From Sphaerodactylus townsendi (Eukaryota), in the NCBI RefSeq assembly GCF_021028975.2, contig NC_059428.1:150536001-150600000 (forward strand): DNA of 64,000 nucleotides, given 5' to 3'. How positions within the stretch are numbered: the first letter of the stretch is position 1; every line of letters begins with the position of its first letter. The position numbers and the translations under genes are program-made. Shown here piece by piece: positions 62,651 through 64,000 of the stretch. Below the pieces are notes generated by a model. It saw only the letters and a list, made by a program, of their open reading frames with translations, had not been told where the DNA came from and ran no database searches.

Positions 62651-63440
62651 TAGAGACCCAGTAAGCTTGCCAGGTGCAGCAGAGAACTGGTTGTCTCCGC
62701 CAAGACCCTGTGACAAGCCTCCTGAATCTTGACAATCTTTGTCTGGGGGGCAAACAGGGTGCAGGACGCGGTGTCTATATGAGCCCCGAGGTGCTCCATC
62801 TGCTGGGAAGGAAGGGTCGAGCTCTTGTCCAGGTTGACCAGGAACCCTTGCTCCACAAGAGTCATCTGCACCAGGCCCACGTCCGCAGATGCCTGGGCCT
62901 GAGACCTCGACCTGATCAGCAGGTCATCTAAGTATGGGTATATGTGGATGCCCTTGCTGCGGAGAAGGGCAATGGGTTCCACTAGTACTTTGGTGAACAC
63001 TCTGGGGGCGGTGGCTAGCCTGAAAGGAAGAGCCACATACTGGAAGTGCTGATCCCCCAGAGCGAACCTCAGGAAACGGTGGTGAGCCTGATGGATGGGA
63101 ATATGAAGGTAGGCTTCCTTCAGATCCAGGAACGTGATGTAGTCGCCCTGTTGAATTGCAGCTATGGATGACCTCAGAGACTCTATCCTGAAGCGGAATT
63201 TGCGGAGATGTCGGTTGAGATGTTGAAGGCTGAGGATTGCTCTGGTGTCCCCGTTGCTCTTGGGGACAGTAAAGAAGTGGGAGTACACTCCCGTCCCACG
63301 CTGATCCATCGGCACAGGCTCGATAGCTTTGATGGAGAGAAGGTGATCGATGGCTGCATTCAACCTGTTTATCTTCTCTGGTTGAGAGCCTATTGGGGAG
63401 GGGATGAATTTGTCCCTGGGCCAGGAAAGGAACTCTAAGG
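62650..63440 (-). pseudogene. DIRS1 reverse transcriptase
   Basis: GVYSHFFTVPK, LDLKEAYLHIPI, FQYVALPF.LATAPRVFTK, YPYLDDLLI; truncated by a stop at 62650. Confidence 0.92.
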
Positions 63441-63544
63441 AGTAGCCTAAGGAAACTATCTCCTGAACCCACTGGTTGGCATAGAAAAGTGTCCATTGTT
63501 GCTGGAAAAACTGGAGATGGCCGCCGACTGGGAGATCTGGACAG

Positions 63545-64000
63545 TCAGGCCTTATTGATACTGTTGGAATCAGACCTGAATGGCTTGCCTGAGTTGCCCT
63601 GACCCTTGGACTCCTGTCGTTTATGAAAGGAGTTCTGCCCCTGCCAACCTGATCTCCTGGTGTCCTTTTGGGAATGGAAGGATGACCGAAAGGGCCGAAA
63701 GGCAGGTCGGGCGGTAAACCTGTCTGCCCTGACAGAGCGGGGCATGGTCTTTTTATGATCCTTGGTCTCTACCAGGATTTTATCTAGCTCGTCACCAAAC
63801 CGAATCCCCCCCTGAAAGTCATAGCTGGCAACTACTGTCTTTGATAGGTTGTCCGCCTGCCATGGTTTTAACCACGGCAGACGTCGTGCCACAGATGCTG
63901 ACGCCATGATGCAAGATGTGGTTAAGAAGGCGTCAAATGAGGCGTCTGCCAGGAAGGAAACAGCTATAATGACTCTTTCAACTCTCCCCCTAACACCACG
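63545..64000 (-). pseudogene. DIRS1 gag-like ORF, C-terminal part
   Basis: MASASVARRLPWLKPWQAD...FQGGIRFGDELDKIL, the typical DIRS1 gag ARR..WL..W and F.G..FG motifs. Confidence 0.75.

Larger units (their letters stand above)
1..64000 (-). other. SDK1: Window lies within the SDK1 transcription unit (part of intron 1, introns 2-3, part of intron 4)
   Basis: No signal-peptide first exon and no next exon (AITLENQLVIL-like) was found; SDK1 introns 1 and 4 are very large in mammals. Confidence 0.8.
60183..64000 (-). mobile_element. DIRS1-type tyrosine-recombinase retrotransposon (3' portion, continues past window end)
   Basis: Order gag - RT - RNase H - methyltransferase-like - tyrosine recombinase - ICR - right terminal repeat. 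Confidence 0.95.

Overview
Vertebrate genomic DNA, not prokaryotic. The repeat content (many Squam3-type tRNA/CORE SINEs with (CTT)n tails, a Sauria SINE, squamate-type CR1, L2 and Penelope elements) points to a squamate, most likely a gecko. The window appears to lie entirely inside the minus-strand sidekick-1 gene (SDK1). Three canonical AG/GT-bounded coding exons (35178-35337, 24515-24621, 16908-17055; 160, 107 and 148 bp) splice in frame and encode Ig domain 1 and the start of Ig domain 2. The rest is intronic and rich in transposons: about 17 Squam3 SINEs, 5S-derived and chimeric tRNA-5S SINEs, a ~3.2 kb Rex1/Babar LINE, CR1, L2, RTE and RTE-X fragments, Penelope-like fold-back insertions carrying minimal hammerhead ribozyme motifs, several hAT and Harbinger MITEs, and the 3' ~3.8 kb of a DIRS1 retrotransposon. 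The best novelty candidates are a 5.8 kb cargo-filled hAT-like unit bounded by TIRs and an 8-bp TSD, a tripartite tRNA/CORE-5S-RTE SINE, the Penelope hairpins with one intact hammerhead core, and a possibly horizontally transferred Rex1 LINE. Family names come from recalled consensus features, not database searches. Most ORFs in the track are spurious.
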